Assembly: GCA_903850425.1 (NCBI GenBank)
Contig: CAINLR010000131.1
Span: 71,642-135,641 of the forward strand
DNA length: 64,000 nucleotides
From: an uncultured Verrucomicrobia subdivision 3 bacterium
Lineage (GTDB): Bacteria > Verrucomicrobiota > Verrucomicrobiia > Limisphaerales > UBA11358
Reading direction: 5' to 3'
The first letter of the stretch is position 1. Each line of letters begins with the position of its first letter. This document shows positions 46,090 to 55,465 of this stretch, piece after piece. Below the pieces are notes generated by a model. It made no database searches, was not told where the DNA came from, and saw only the letters and a program-made list of their open reading frames with translations. A program made the position numbers and the translations under genes.

Positions 46090-49000
46090 ATGAAGCAGAT
46101 CCGAAACATTCCTGCGATCCTCGGCCTGGCCAGCTTGGTTTGCCTGGCCTCCACCAGCCTGGCCGCCACTTACAACTGGACCGGCGGCAGCGCCACCGGC
46201 AACAACTGGAACGACGCCGGCAATTGGGACGTCGGGGTGCCACCCAGCACCAGCCAGTTGGTGTTTTCCGGCGCTTCGCGCCAGGCGAATAACAATGATC
46301 TTTCCGGCTTCACGGCCAACAGCGTGGAATTCACCACCAGCGGATTTGCCTTGGCCGGCAACGCCGTCACGCTCGGCGGCAACATCACCAATACGGCGGG
46401 CACCAACGTCATCAATCTTAATCTGGCGATGAGTGCCAACCGGCTCATCCAGGTGCCGTCCGGTTCGCTGACGATCAACGGGGTGATCAGCGGCGCCTTC
46501 ACCCTGACCAAGAGCAACAACAGCATGTTGATTCTGACCGGCAACAATACGTTCACCGGTGCGCCAACCATCAGCGGCGGGCCGGTCACCATCCGGAACA
46601 GCGGCGCGCTGGGGACCGGCACGAAGACGGTGGCGATCAACAACGGCACGGCCGGCCAGCCCAATTTGCATCTGGACGGCAGCGGCGGCAACCTCACGCT
46701 GCCCGCCACCCTGAGCTTCTCCTGTAGCCGTGTGCCTTACACCATTTACAACGACGCTGGCGACAATGTAATCAATGGCAACTTCACGCTGACCTCCGGT
46801 GGCGGCGACACCGGCTGCTCCGTGGATGGCGGCACGCTGACACTCGGCGGATCATTTGCCCCGAACACCACCGCGCGCAACCTGGTGCTCGGCGGCGCGG
46901 CCAACGGCACCGTGCTCGGACCAATCAATGATGCGGCCAGCCCGAATTTTCTCGCGGGGGTGAAGAAGCAGGACGCCGGCACGTGGACGCTCAAGGGCAC
47001 GAACCTTTACACCGGCATCACCCTGGTCTCCGCCGGCAAGCTCATTTTGACGGGCAATTGCACCATCACTAACAGTTCAGCCGTGACGGTGGCGGCAGGC
47101 GCGGTGCTGGATGTTTCCACGGTCGCCACGACGTTTACGCGCAATGCCGGCAAGAGCCTCGAAGGTTCAGGCGTCGTCACCGGCAGCGTGGTCATGGCGA
47201 GCGCTGCCATCCTGCGTCCGGGCGGCGCGGGTGCGGTGGGGACCTTGTCTTTCTCCAATGACCTGACCCTGGCCTCGACGACGACGAATTACTTCGACCT
47301 CGGTGCCTCCACGACGCCGGGCGTTGGCAATGATTTGGTGGTGGTGGCCGGCAATCTTACGGTCAGCGGCGCGCCGATCATCATCTCTTCCGTGAACGCG
47401 TTGGTGGTGCCGGGCACGTATCGCCTCTACAATTACAGCGGCAGCAAGACCGGTAGCTTTGGGACCGTGACGGCGGCGGATACCCGTTACACCATGACGC
47501 TCGATGAATCCGTGCCCGGCCAGGTGAATGTGATCGTGAGTGGTTCCAACTCGAATCTCGTCTGGTCCGGCGGCAGCAACGGGGCGTGGAACGTGAAGAC
47601 TTCGGCGAATTGGAACAATAATACGGCGGCCTTCTACCAATCCGATGCGGTGACTTTCAATGACACCACCACCAGCAACACCGTCAACCTCACCACCACG
47701 GTTTTGCCGAGCACCGTCACCATCGCGGGCAGTTCCAACTATGTTCTCTCCGGTGTCGGCAAGATCAGCGGCAACACGAGCCTTACCAAAACCGGCAACG
47801 GCAATCTGACGATCAGCACCACGAATGATTTTACCGGTGTGACCACGATTAATGGCGGCACGGTGATCGTGGGCAGCACCAATGCGCTCGGCACCACCAA
47901 TGGCATCACCGTGGTCAATCCCGGCGGCACGCTCGACCTCAACGCGCGCATCCTGGCGGCGGAACAAATCAACTTTGCCGGCACGGGCGCGACGGGCAAC
48001 GGCGCCGTGGTCAACAACGGCGCGGATCAGCAGAATGCGCTGCAATTTGTCACGCTCGGCGGCAATGCCAGCGGCGGCGGCACGGGCCGCTGGGATGTGC
48101 GCGGCGCGGGCGGCAGCGGCTCGTTCTCCGGCCGGTTCGATCTCAACGGCAACACGTTTGCCAAAGTCGGCGCGAGCCGCGTGGGCATCATTGATAGCAC
48201 CGCCACCAACGCCGGCAGCCTTGTGATTTCCAACGGCCTGATGTCCATCACGCGTTCGCTGGTGGACGGGCCGGGCTTGATTGATGTGATGACGAACACC
48301 CTTTATTTCGAGAACTGCGCGGTCGGTTATGTGCTCAAGCCGATTCAATCCAGCGGCGGAAAAATTCAGCTCACGGGCAACGCCTTCCAGCTTGGCTCCG
48401 CCGTCACGAGTCTCGCGGGCGTGACGTTTGACAACACGCTGGATCTGACGCTGACCAATTCCGTCAGCGGCGCGGGCGGCCTCACGAAAGTCAGCGCCGG
48501 CAATTTGATTCTCCAGGGTCCGGCGCTGCATTTCGGCCCGACGATGGTGGTTGGCGGCACCATGACTTTGGGACCAACCACATTCCTCACCAACAGTTCC
48601 TCCATCACGGTGAGCAACAATGCGACGCTCGACGCCTCGCAGTCGGGCGGGTTCACGCTCAACGGCAGCGCGGGCCAGATTCTCGCCGGCGGCGGTTACA
48701 TCAACGGTCAGGTGAACGCGCCCGCCGGTTCCTCGATCAATCCTGGCATGAGCGCCGGCACGCTGACGCTCAACTCCGGACTGGCGTTGGACAACGCCGG
48801 CGGCGTGTTTGAATTGGGCGCGAGTCCGTTTACCGCCGGGGCCAACGACCAGGTGGTGGTGAATGGCAACGGTCTCACAGTAAATGGCGTCACCACCATC
48901 AAGGTGATTCCGCTCGCCACACTGGACAACGCGAATCCCTACACGCTGTTTCAAAACAACGGCCCGGCGCTGCCCTCCGGCAGCGAGGCGAACTTCAACA

Positions 49001-52000
49001 TCATCAGCGATTCGCGCTACAGCTTCGTGGTGCTGCCGACCGATAACTATTCCGGCTCGCAGGTGAATGTCCAGGTCACGGGCAGCGGCACGCCGGCGCA
49101 ACTGGTCTGGCGGGGAAACAATGCCACGCATCCGACCTGGTGGGACAACAAAGCCACCGTCAACTGGCTGAACGGCGCGGCACCAGACAAGTTTTTCGCC
49201 GGCGACACCACGGTGTTTGACGACAGCGCCAGCGGCACCACGGCGGAAATGATCGGCACCTTGCAGCCGTCGCAGATGGTTTTCAGCAATGCCATCCAGG
49301 CGATCACGCTCAGCGGCGCGGGCAGCCTCAACGCCGGCAGTCTGACGGCCAGCGGCACGGGACTGGCCACAATTGCCAACAGCGCCGGCAACACGTTCGC
49401 GCTGGGGTTGACGCAGAACAGCGGCACGCTCACGTTCAACAATGCGGGCGTCAACAACTTTGGTTCCGGCGTGGTGGTGAACGGCGGCGTGCTGAACATC
49501 GCGAACCCGGCGGTCAATTCCTTTGGCAGCCTCACGCTCGCGGGCGGCAACGTAAACATTCTCAGTTCCGTGGCGCAGAGCTTCGGCGCCATCAACTTTG
49601 CCGGCGCCAGCACGCTGACGTTTGACCAACCGGCGAATGTCACCGTGGGCAGCGTCATCAGCGGTTCGCCCGGTTTGATTGTCAAGGCCAACACCAACGT
49701 GCTCACGTTAAGCGGCGCGAACGCCGGCTACACGGGCGCGATCCAGGTCAATACCGGCACGCTGCGCGCCGGCAACGCGGCGGCCCTGGGCGACACTTCG
49801 GGCATCACCACCATCGCGAGCGGCGCGGTGCTGGATGTCAACGCGCAGAACCTGGGCAACGAACCGGTTACCGTGAGCGGCTCCGGGCTGGGCAGCACGG
49901 GCGCAGTCGTCAACCTCAGCGGCACCGGTCAGAACAACGCGCTGCATGATGTGACGCTTGCGGGCGACACCACCTTCGGGGGTATCGGTCGCTGGGACAT
50001 CCGCTATAACGGCACCGGCAATGCAAATCTCATCACGGGCGGCAGCCCCTTTGGCATCACCAAGGTGGGTGCGAACCAGATCAGTCTGGTCTCGGTGAAT
50101 GTTGACAGCGGGCTGGGCAACGTGGACGTGCAGGCGGGCATTCTCAGTTGGGAATTGGCCACCACTTCGTTCGGTGATCCGACCATGACCCTCACCGTCG
50201 AGTCCAACGCGACGTTCCAAATGTGGGCCGCCGCCAATCCGCTGGACAAACTCATCGTCCTGAACGGCGGCAGCCGTTTTTACGCCGGTTCCGGCACGGC
50301 CAACACGGTGAATGGTGCGGTGACGCTCCAACCCGGCACGGAGAACCTCGACGTGGCCAGCGCGGTCACCGTCCTGTTCAATAACGCCGTTTCTGGCCCC
50401 GGCAATCTCAACAAGATCACCGCTGGCACGGCCACGCTCGCGGGCACCAACACCATCGGCGGCAACGTGACCTGTCTCGCCGGCACTTTGAACCTCATGA
50501 GCGACACCACGATTGCCGGCAACCTGGTGGTTGACGGCGGCTCAATCCTGCTGGCTGGTTCCAACAACATCTCGGGCAGCATCAGTAATTTCAACGGCAC
50601 GCTGACACTCTCCAATTCCCTTGCCGTCGGCACGGGCAAAACCATCGTGACGCGCTACACCACCGCCATCGCCGCCGGCTTTGGCAGCCGCCTCAGCCTG
50701 CGCGGTGGCATCACCACGCCGGCGGATGTCGTGGCGGACTTCACCTCCTCGACGAACGGCGGCGATTTCCGCACGTCCATTTCGTCGGACACCGGCGCGA
50801 ACACCTGGTCCGGCCCGATTCATCTCAACGGCACCGACATCGTCGGTTTCTACGCCGGCACGGCCACGCCGCTGACAATCAACGGTCCGATTGAAGGCAC
50901 GAATGGCTTCAACAGCACCGCGTTCTTCCGCGGCGCGGCGGGCTTCTGCGGCACGGTCAACGGCCGGTGCAACTTCCCGCTCGGCGCGATGAATATCACG
51001 GACAACTCCGTGTGGACCTTTGCCGCTGCAAACAACGTCTGGGACCGCAGCCTCGTCGCCTACGGCCGCGTCATCTGCGGCGCGGATAACGCCCTGCCCC
51101 CAGCCGCGCCGCTCACATTGGGCCAGCCCGGCACCAGCACGGGCACGCTCGACCTCAACGGTCACTCGCAGGAAGTCGCGGCCCTGTTCACGCTCAATGG
51201 GCTGAATCACTTCATCGGCAGCAGCAGCACCACGGCGGATTCGCTCTTCGTTTTCAACGGCACCAATGTCAGCACCTACGCCGCGAAGATCGTGGACAGC
51301 GTTTCCGGCGGCACGATGAAAGTGGCCGTCAACGTCAAGGGCGGCACGCTCATTCTCGACGGCGCGAACGGCTACACCGGCCCGACGCTGGTGAAGAACA
51401 GCGCGGTGCTCGGCGGCAACGGCTCGACCCTCAGCCCGGTGACGGTGGAAGCCGGCGGCACGTTGTCCGTCGGTTCCGGCATCGGCAGCATGGGCATCAC
51501 GAACACGCTGACCTTCCTGCCCGGCAGCACCAACTTTGTGGAAGTGAACACCACCACCGGCACCAACGACAACATCGTGGGCCTGACCACGGTGAATTAC
51601 GGCGGCACGCTGGTGATCAATAATCTCGGCGCGGCCCCGATCACCTTGAGCAGCACGTTCAAGCTCTTCACCGCCGCCAGCTACGGCACCACGGACTTTG
51701 CCGCGATCAGCCCCGCAACTCCGGCAGCCGGACTCGTCTGGGACACCAGCACACTGAAGACCGACGGCACGCTGCGCATCGCCAGCGGCGCGGCTCCCAG
51801 CATCGGCAGCGTTGCGACCCTGCCCGACGGCAACTTCCGCCTGACGATCAACGGCGCGCTGGGCCAGGCCTATTCCGTGCGCGCCAGCACCAACCTCACG
51901 CTCGCACCCATCGCCACCACCTGGACGTTGTTGAGCAATGGCACCGTGCCGAGCGTGCCGTTCACCTTCGATGATCTGACCGCGACGAACTATCCGGTGC

Positions 52001-52026
52001 GGTTCTACATCATTTCCACGCCGTAA
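46090..52026 (+). CDS. giant secreted autotransporter-associated beta-strand (PATR) repeat protein
   Basis: Signal peptide MKQIRNIPAILGLASLVCLASTSLAA, then YNWTGG..NWNDAGNWD. Dozens of degenerate Gly/Thr/Asn/Leu-rich units of about 30 aa follow (..LTLSG.NTFTG.T.I..GTL..). I recognise no barrel translocator or PEP-CTERM. Confidence 0.85.
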   Translation: MKQIRNIPAILGLASLVCLASTSLAATYNWTGGSATGNNWNDAGNWDVGVPPSTSQLVFSGASRQANNNDLSGFTANSVEFTTSGFALAGNAVTLGGNITNTAGTNVINLNLAMSANRLIQVPSGSLTINGVISGAFTLTKSNNSMLILTGNNTFTGAPTISGGPVTIRNSGALGTGTKTVAINNGTAGQPNLHLDGSGGNLTLPATLSFSCSRVPYTIYNDAGDNVINGNFTLTSGGGDTGCSVDGGTLTLGGSFAPNTTARNLVLGGAANGTVLGPINDAASPNFLAGVKKQDAGTWTLKGTNLYTGITLVSAGKLILTGNCTITNSSAVTVAAGAVLDVSTVATTFTRNAGKSLEGSGVVTGSVVMASAAILRPGGAGAVGTLSFSNDLTLASTTTNYFDLGASTTPGVGNDLVVVAGNLTVSGAPIIISSVNALVVPGTYRLYNYSGSKTGSFGTVTAADTRYTMTLDESVPGQVNVIVSGSNSNLVWSGGSNGAWNVKTSANWNNNTAAFYQSDAVTFNDTTTSNTVNLTTTVLPSTVTIAGSSNYVLSGVGKISGNTSLTKTGNGNLTISTTNDFTGVTTINGGTVIVGSTNALGTTNGITVVNPGGTLDLNARILAAEQINFAGTGATGNGAVVNNGADQQNALQFVTLGGNASGGGTGRWDVRGAGGSGSFSGRFDLNGNTFAKVGASRVGIIDSTATNAGSLVISNGLMSITRSLVDGPGLIDVMTNTLYFENCAVGYVLKPIQSSGGKIQLTGNAFQLGSAVTSLAGVTFDNTLDLTLTNSVSGAGGLTKVSAGNLILQGPALHFGPTMVVGGTMTLGPTTFLTNSSSITVSNNATLDASQSGGFTLNGSAGQILAGGGYINGQVNAPAGSSINPGMSAGTLTLNSGLALDNAGGVFELGASPFTAGANDQVVVNGNGLTVNGVTTIKVIPLATLDNANPYTLFQNNGPALPSGSEANFNIISDSRYSFVVLPTDNYSGSQVNVQVTGSGTPAQLVWRGNNATHPTWWDNKATVNWLNGAAPDKFFAGDTTVFDDSASGTTAEMIGTLQPSQMVFSNAIQAITLSGAGSLNAGSLTASGTGLATIANSAGNTFALGLTQNSGTLTFNNAGVNNFGSGVVVNGGVLNIANPAVNSFGSLTLAGGNVNILSSVAQSFGAINFAGASTLTFDQPANVTVGSVISGSPGLIVKANTNVLTLSGANAGYTGAIQVNTGTLRAGNAAALGDTSGITTIASGAVLDVNAQNLGNEPVTVSGSGLGSTGAVVNLSGTGQNNALHDVTLAGDTTFGGIGRWDIRYNGTGNANLITGGSPFGITKVGANQISLVSVNVDSGLGNVDVQAGILSWELATTSFGDPTMTLTVESNATFQMWAAANPLDKLIVLNGGSRFYAGSGTANTVNGAVTLQPGTENLDVASAVTVLFNNAVSGPGNLNKITAGTATLAGTNTIGGNVTCLAGTLNLMSDTTIAGNLVVDGGSILLAGSNNISGSISNFNGTLTLSNSLAVGTGKTIVTRYTTAIAAGFGSRLSLRGGITTPADVVADFTSSTNGGDFRTSISSDTGANTWSGPIHLNGTDIVGFYAGTATPLTINGPIEGTNGFNSTAFFRGAAGFCGTVNGRCNFPLGAMNITDNSVWTFAAANNVWDRSLVAYGRVICGADNALPPAAPLTLGQPGTSTGTLDLNGHSQEVAALFTLNGLNHFIGSSSTTADSLFVFNGTNVSTYAAKIVDSVSGGTMKVAVNVKGGTLILDGANGYTGPTLVKNSAVLGGNGSTLSPVTVEAGGTLSVGSGIGSMGITNTLTFLPGSTNFVEVNTTTGTNDNIVGLTTVNYGGTLVINNLGAAPITLSSTFKLFTAASYGTTDFAAISPATPAAGLVWDTSTLKTDGTLRIASGAAPSIGSVATLPDGNFRLTINGALGQAYSVRASTNLTLAPIATTWTLLSNGTVPSVPFTFDDLTATNYPVRFYIISTP

Positions 52027-52035
52027 GAAACCACT

Positions 52036-52076
52036 GCGGCACCCGACCGATTACGAACCGGTGCCGCCGCGTTTTG
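52036..52076 (+). terminator. putative rho-independent terminator after the giant PATR gene
   Basis: An 8-bp GC stem (GCGGCACC 52036-52043 with GGTGCCGC 52060-52067) is followed by CGCGTTTTGCG. A second hairpin CCGCGTTTTGCGAACGCAAGACGCGG follows immediately. Confidence 0.45.
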
Positions 52077-52185
52077 CGAACGCAAGACGCGGCCGGCGCC
52101 GGTTGCTTTTAGAAACGAATAAACGTGGACGCATCAGTGAAGTCAGGCTGAAGGCCTTCAATGAAAACAGCCCGAGCGCGCCGAG

Positions 52186-53166
52186 TTATTTTCCCGACGC
52201 AGCGTAGATTTTTTCCACGACCACCAGCGCCGCTTTGGCTTCCTTCAATCCCGGCACCGGCGTGCGCTTCAATTTGATGTCCTCAAAAAATTCCGCCATC
52301 TCAATTTTCCAGGATTCATCGCCGCGCGGAAATTCGTAGATCGTCGTCTCCGGTGGTCCCATCTGCGGCAGCATTTTGTAATACGTCAACCGCTCCACAC
52401 CATAGCTGCCGCCGAGGCCTTCCCAATGCAGCTTCGCGTCGCGCCCGTAGATTTCGAGGCTGAATAGATTCTTCCATTCGCTGCAACTGACGTGCAGCCA
52501 GGCGGTGTTGCCGGCGGCGTTGCGCAACGAAAGAAAGGCGTTGTCATCCACCGGCATCTTCCAGAAATACGTCGTGGCATGGCCTTCCACCATCGTGAAT
52601 TCGCCGAGAAAAATTCCCGCGAGATCAATCAGATGAACGCCCTGGTCAATCAACTCACCGCCGCCGGAAAGTTTTGCGTCCGCACGCCATTCCTTTTCGT
52701 AACCGACGCGGCCGCCCTGGCCGTAACGTCCGCGCACAAACATCATCGGCCCGAGCGCGCCGCTGCGGAACAGTTCCAGCGCTTTCAATCCCGCCGGATG
52801 GTAGCGATGATTGTAGCCAACGCGGACGAGCGCGCCGGATTTGGCGGCGGCGACTTCCAGCGCCTCAATTTCTGCCACGCTGATGCCGGCCGGTTTTTCC
52901 ACGAGGACGTGCTTACCGTTCTGCACCGCCGCCAGCGCAATCGGCGCGAGCGTGGAGTTGAGCGTGGCAATGAAAACGACTTCGACCTGCGGATCGGAAA
53001 CGGCATCGTTGAAATCCGCGCACGCGCGGCCAGCCTTGGCCAGCTTCACCAATTCCCCGGCGCGCGACAAAATGGTGTCGCACGCGACGATAAGTTTCGC
53101 GCCGGCAGGCATTCCCGTGACGCGCTTTTTTCCGATGAGGCCGCAGCCGATGATGGCGTAGTTCAT
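52186..53166 (-). CDS. Gfo/Idh/MocA family oxidoreductase
   Basis: MNYAIIGCGLIGKKR Rossmann start, the EKP motif (HVLVEKPAG), and a C-terminal alpha/beta domain. 326 aa. Confidence 0.85.
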   Translation of the reverse strand: MNYAIIGCGLIGKKRVTGMPAGAKLIVACDTILSRAGELVKLAKAGRACADFNDAVSDPQVEVVFIATLNSTLAPIALAAVQNGKHVLVEKPAGISVAEIEALEVAAAKSGALVRVGYNHRYHPAGLKALELFRSGALGPMMFVRGRYGQGGRVGYEKEWRADAKLSGGGELIDQGVHLIDLAGIFLGEFTMVEGHATTYFWKMPVDDNAFLSLRNAAGNTAWLHVSCSEWKNLFSLEIYGRDAKLHWEGLGGSYGVERLTYYKMLPQMGPPETTIYEFPRGDESWKIEMAEFFEDIKLKRTPVPGLKEAKAALVVVEKIYAASGK

Positions 53167-53177
53167 AATCGTTCAAC

Positions 53178-53325
53178 CACGGATGGACACCGATGGACAC
53201 GGAGGATGGGGAAAGCGCTTTGACGCGAATTAACGCGATTTGTTTCCGGTTTTGAATTCGCGAAAATTCGCGCACTTCGCGTCAGTCTGATTTCTGATCC
53301 GTGTTTATCCGTGTTTATCCGCAGT
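53178..53325. repeat. composite ~150-nt inverted repeat with tandem 10-mers in the outer arms
   Basis: The outer arms are GGATGGACACCGATGGACACGGA (53181-53203) and TCCGTGTTTATCCGTGTTTATCC (53298-53320). They give 18 Watson-Crick pairs, 4 G:U pairs and 1 mismatch when read as plus-strand RNA. An inner pair is TGACGCGAA (53221-53229) with TTCGCGTCA (53277-53285). Confidence 0.7.
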
Positions 53326-53326
53326 T

Positions 53327-54193
53327 TCATTTGCTTCCCCAATTTTTGCCGCGATCTTCCGGCACGATGCGGCGGAGACAGTAGATGTCCGATTTGGCCA
53401 GCTCCTCGCGATGCGCTTGTAAATCTTTCCACGGATCCCACTGCGCGCTGAGGAGTTTACCGGTGATGCCGTTGCTCTCGGGGCTGACCAGATAAACCGC
53501 AAGGCTGGCACCGAGTTCGAGCGGCACCGCGCCTTTTTCTTTCCAGCCTTTGTTCTTCTCGAAAAAGGCCGCGCCTACTTTTTCCGGGCCGGCGGCGAGC
53601 ACTTCGTCCACGAGCCGCGTCGCGAGCGCGCCGGGCGCGATGGCATTCACATCCACGTGAAAGCTTCTTAATTCTTCCGCCAGCGTTTCCATCAAGCGAA
53701 CCACGGCCGCCTTCGAAGCGGCGTAAGAACTGATGTTCGGCAACGGATTCGTCGCGCCGCCGCCGCTCAAGACAACGATTTTGCCGCGACCGGCCTTTTT
53801 GAAATGCGGAATCGCCGCGCGGCACGGGAGCAACACGCCAAAGAGATTGATGTCAATCGCGCGCCGCCATTCGTCGAGCGAGACAGATTCCGTCGGCCCC
53901 ATCGGCCCGTAAATGCCGGCGTTCAGCACGAGCGCGTCGAGCGAGCCGAGGGCGCGCAGCGTGAAGGCGACCAGTTCGTTGACTTGCGTTTCGTTCGAGA
54001 CGTCGCAGGTTTTGGCGGAAACTTTTTGGGCCGGGAATTTCTGGGCAAGTTCGTCGCGCGTGGCCAGCAAATCTTGTTCGCTGCGGGCGCAGAGGACAAC
54101 GTTCGCGCCTTCGCGCAGAAAATGTTCGGCGATGGTTTTGCCGAGACCCTGGCTGCCACCGGTGATGAGCGCGTTGAGATTTTTGAGTTTCAT
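53327..54193 (-). CDS. SDR family oxidoreductase
   Basis: ALITGGSQGLGKTIA glycine motif and catalytic YAASKAAV. Start set at ATG 54193, 1 nt after the upstream stop. Confidence 0.85.
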   Translation of the reverse strand: MKLKNLNALITGGSQGLGKTIAEHFLREGANVVLCARSEQDLLATRDELAQKFPAQKVSAKTCDVSNETQVNELVAFTLRALGSLDALVLNAGIYGPMGPTESVSLDEWRRAIDINLFGVLLPCRAAIPHFKKAGRGKIVVLSGGGATNPLPNISSYAASKAAVVRLMETLAEELRSFHVDVNAIAPGALATRLVDEVLAAGPEKVGAAFFEKNKGWKEKGAVPLELGASLAVYLVSPESNGITGKLLSAQWDPWKDLQAHREELAKSDIYCLRRIVPEDRGKNWGSK

Positions 54194-54194
54194 G

Positions 54195-55463
54195 TCAGGC
54201 ACGACCAACGGAAAGATGCTCCACGCCGGAGACGTTTTTCAATTCCTTTTCGAGAAAACGATTGGCGTCCACAAACACCGGCGAGCGCATCGCCGGAACA
54301 ATTTTCACCCAGTCCGCTTGCCGGAACTGCGGCCACTCGGTGCAGACGGCGACGGCTTCCGCCCCAGTGAGCGCGGTGGAAATATCGGCGGCCAGTTCAA
54401 CCGCGCTCAGCTCTGCTGGCAAAACTTTCACGGCGGGATCAAACGCGGAAACCTTCGCTCCGGCGGCGAGCAACTGCTGGCAAAGCTCCACCGCCGCGCT
54501 GCGACGAAGCGTGTCAGTGTTGGTCGTGTAAGTGAGTCCAAGGATGGAAATCTTTTTGCCGCGCAAACCGCCCAGCCGCGCTTGCAACCGGCGAAACGCC
54601 CAGCCGCGATGCAGATCGTTGCTCTGTTTGATCGCCGGAATGACCGAAATTTTTTCACCATTCGCCTCGGCGAGCTTGCTTAAAGTCACGACGTCGCGCG
54701 CGAGTGTGCCGCCGGCAAACGGGCCGCCGGGTCCGAGATAGGCCTTCGGCCCGATGCGCGCCTCGCTCTTGAGGCCGACGGAAACTTCCTTGGCATCCGC
54801 GCCGGTGTGTTCGCAGAGGCGGGCGATCTCGTTGATGAAGGTGATGGACAACGCCAGAAATGAATTCAGCGCGTGCTTGACCATCTCGGCCGATTCGCTG
54901 CGCATGAAAATGGTCTGCGCGGCGAACGGTTTAAAAAGTTCTTCGAGCAACGCTTTCTTCGCATCGGTGCGGATGCCGACGATGGCGCGCTCGGCCTTTT
55001 CAAACGCGTCAATCGCCTTGCCCAGCCGCAGATTTTCCGGCGAGCAGGCGAAGTGGAATTGCGGAAATTCCTTTTCCAGTTTGGCGCAGGTGCCGACGGG
55101 CAGTTGCGCGGAAATCAGAACCAGCGCGCCGTTCGGCAGCGACGGCAGCGCGCGGCGCAAATTGCCGAGGACAAATTCCACATCCGATTCGTCGTTCTCA
55201 TTGACGGGCGTGTCGTAGGTGAGCCACAGAACATCCGCGTTGTCGCAGGCAATTTTTGGATCGGTCGTGAAAGAAAGTTTTTTCGACGCCAGCCCGCTGG
55301 CGATGAGTTCATTCAAGCCGGGTTCCAGCAACGGGGCCTGACCCTGACTCAATTTGGCAATGTTCGCCGCATCGAAATCCAGTCCGACAACTTGAAAATG
55401 TTTCGCGCAGCACGCCGCCGTGACGCTGCCGAGATGCCAGAGGCCGAGGACGGTGACATTCAT
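54195..55463 (-). CDS. UDP-glucose/GDP-mannose dehydrogenase family protein (catalytic Cys apparently absent)
   Basis: N-terminal Rossmann segment VTVLGLWHLGSV, then FACSPENLRLGKA and SAEMVKHALNSFLALSITFINE. The usual GG(S/Y/H)C(L/F)xKD site reads GGTLARD (54693-54713). Confidence 0.85.
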   Translation of the reverse strand: MNVTVLGLWHLGSVTAACCAKHFQVVGLDFDAANIAKLSQGQAPLLEPGLNELIASGLASKKLSFTTDPKIACDNADVLWLTYDTPVNENDESDVEFVLGNLRRALPSLPNGALVLISAQLPVGTCAKLEKEFPQFHFACSPENLRLGKAIDAFEKAERAIVGIRTDAKKALLEELFKPFAAQTIFMRSESAEMVKHALNSFLALSITFINEIARLCEHTGADAKEVSVGLKSEARIGPKAYLGPGGPFAGGTLARDVVTLSKLAEANGEKISVIPAIKQSNDLHRGWAFRRLQARLGGLRGKKISILGLTYTTNTDTLRRSAAVELCQQLLAAGAKVSAFDPAVKVLPAELSAVELAADISTALTGAEAVAVCTEWPQFRQADWVKIVPAMRSPVFVDANRFLEKELKNVSGVEHLSVGRA

Positions 55464-55465
55464 CA

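Noticed and set aside
47167-49629. 820-aa ORF on the minus strand inside the giant PATR gene, plus many shorter ones between 46024 and 51590
   Set aside because: Arg/Ala/Gly-rich composition with no motifs. They lie antisense to a frame with a clear signal peptide and PATR repeats. This is the typical shadow ORF of a GC-rich repetitive gene.
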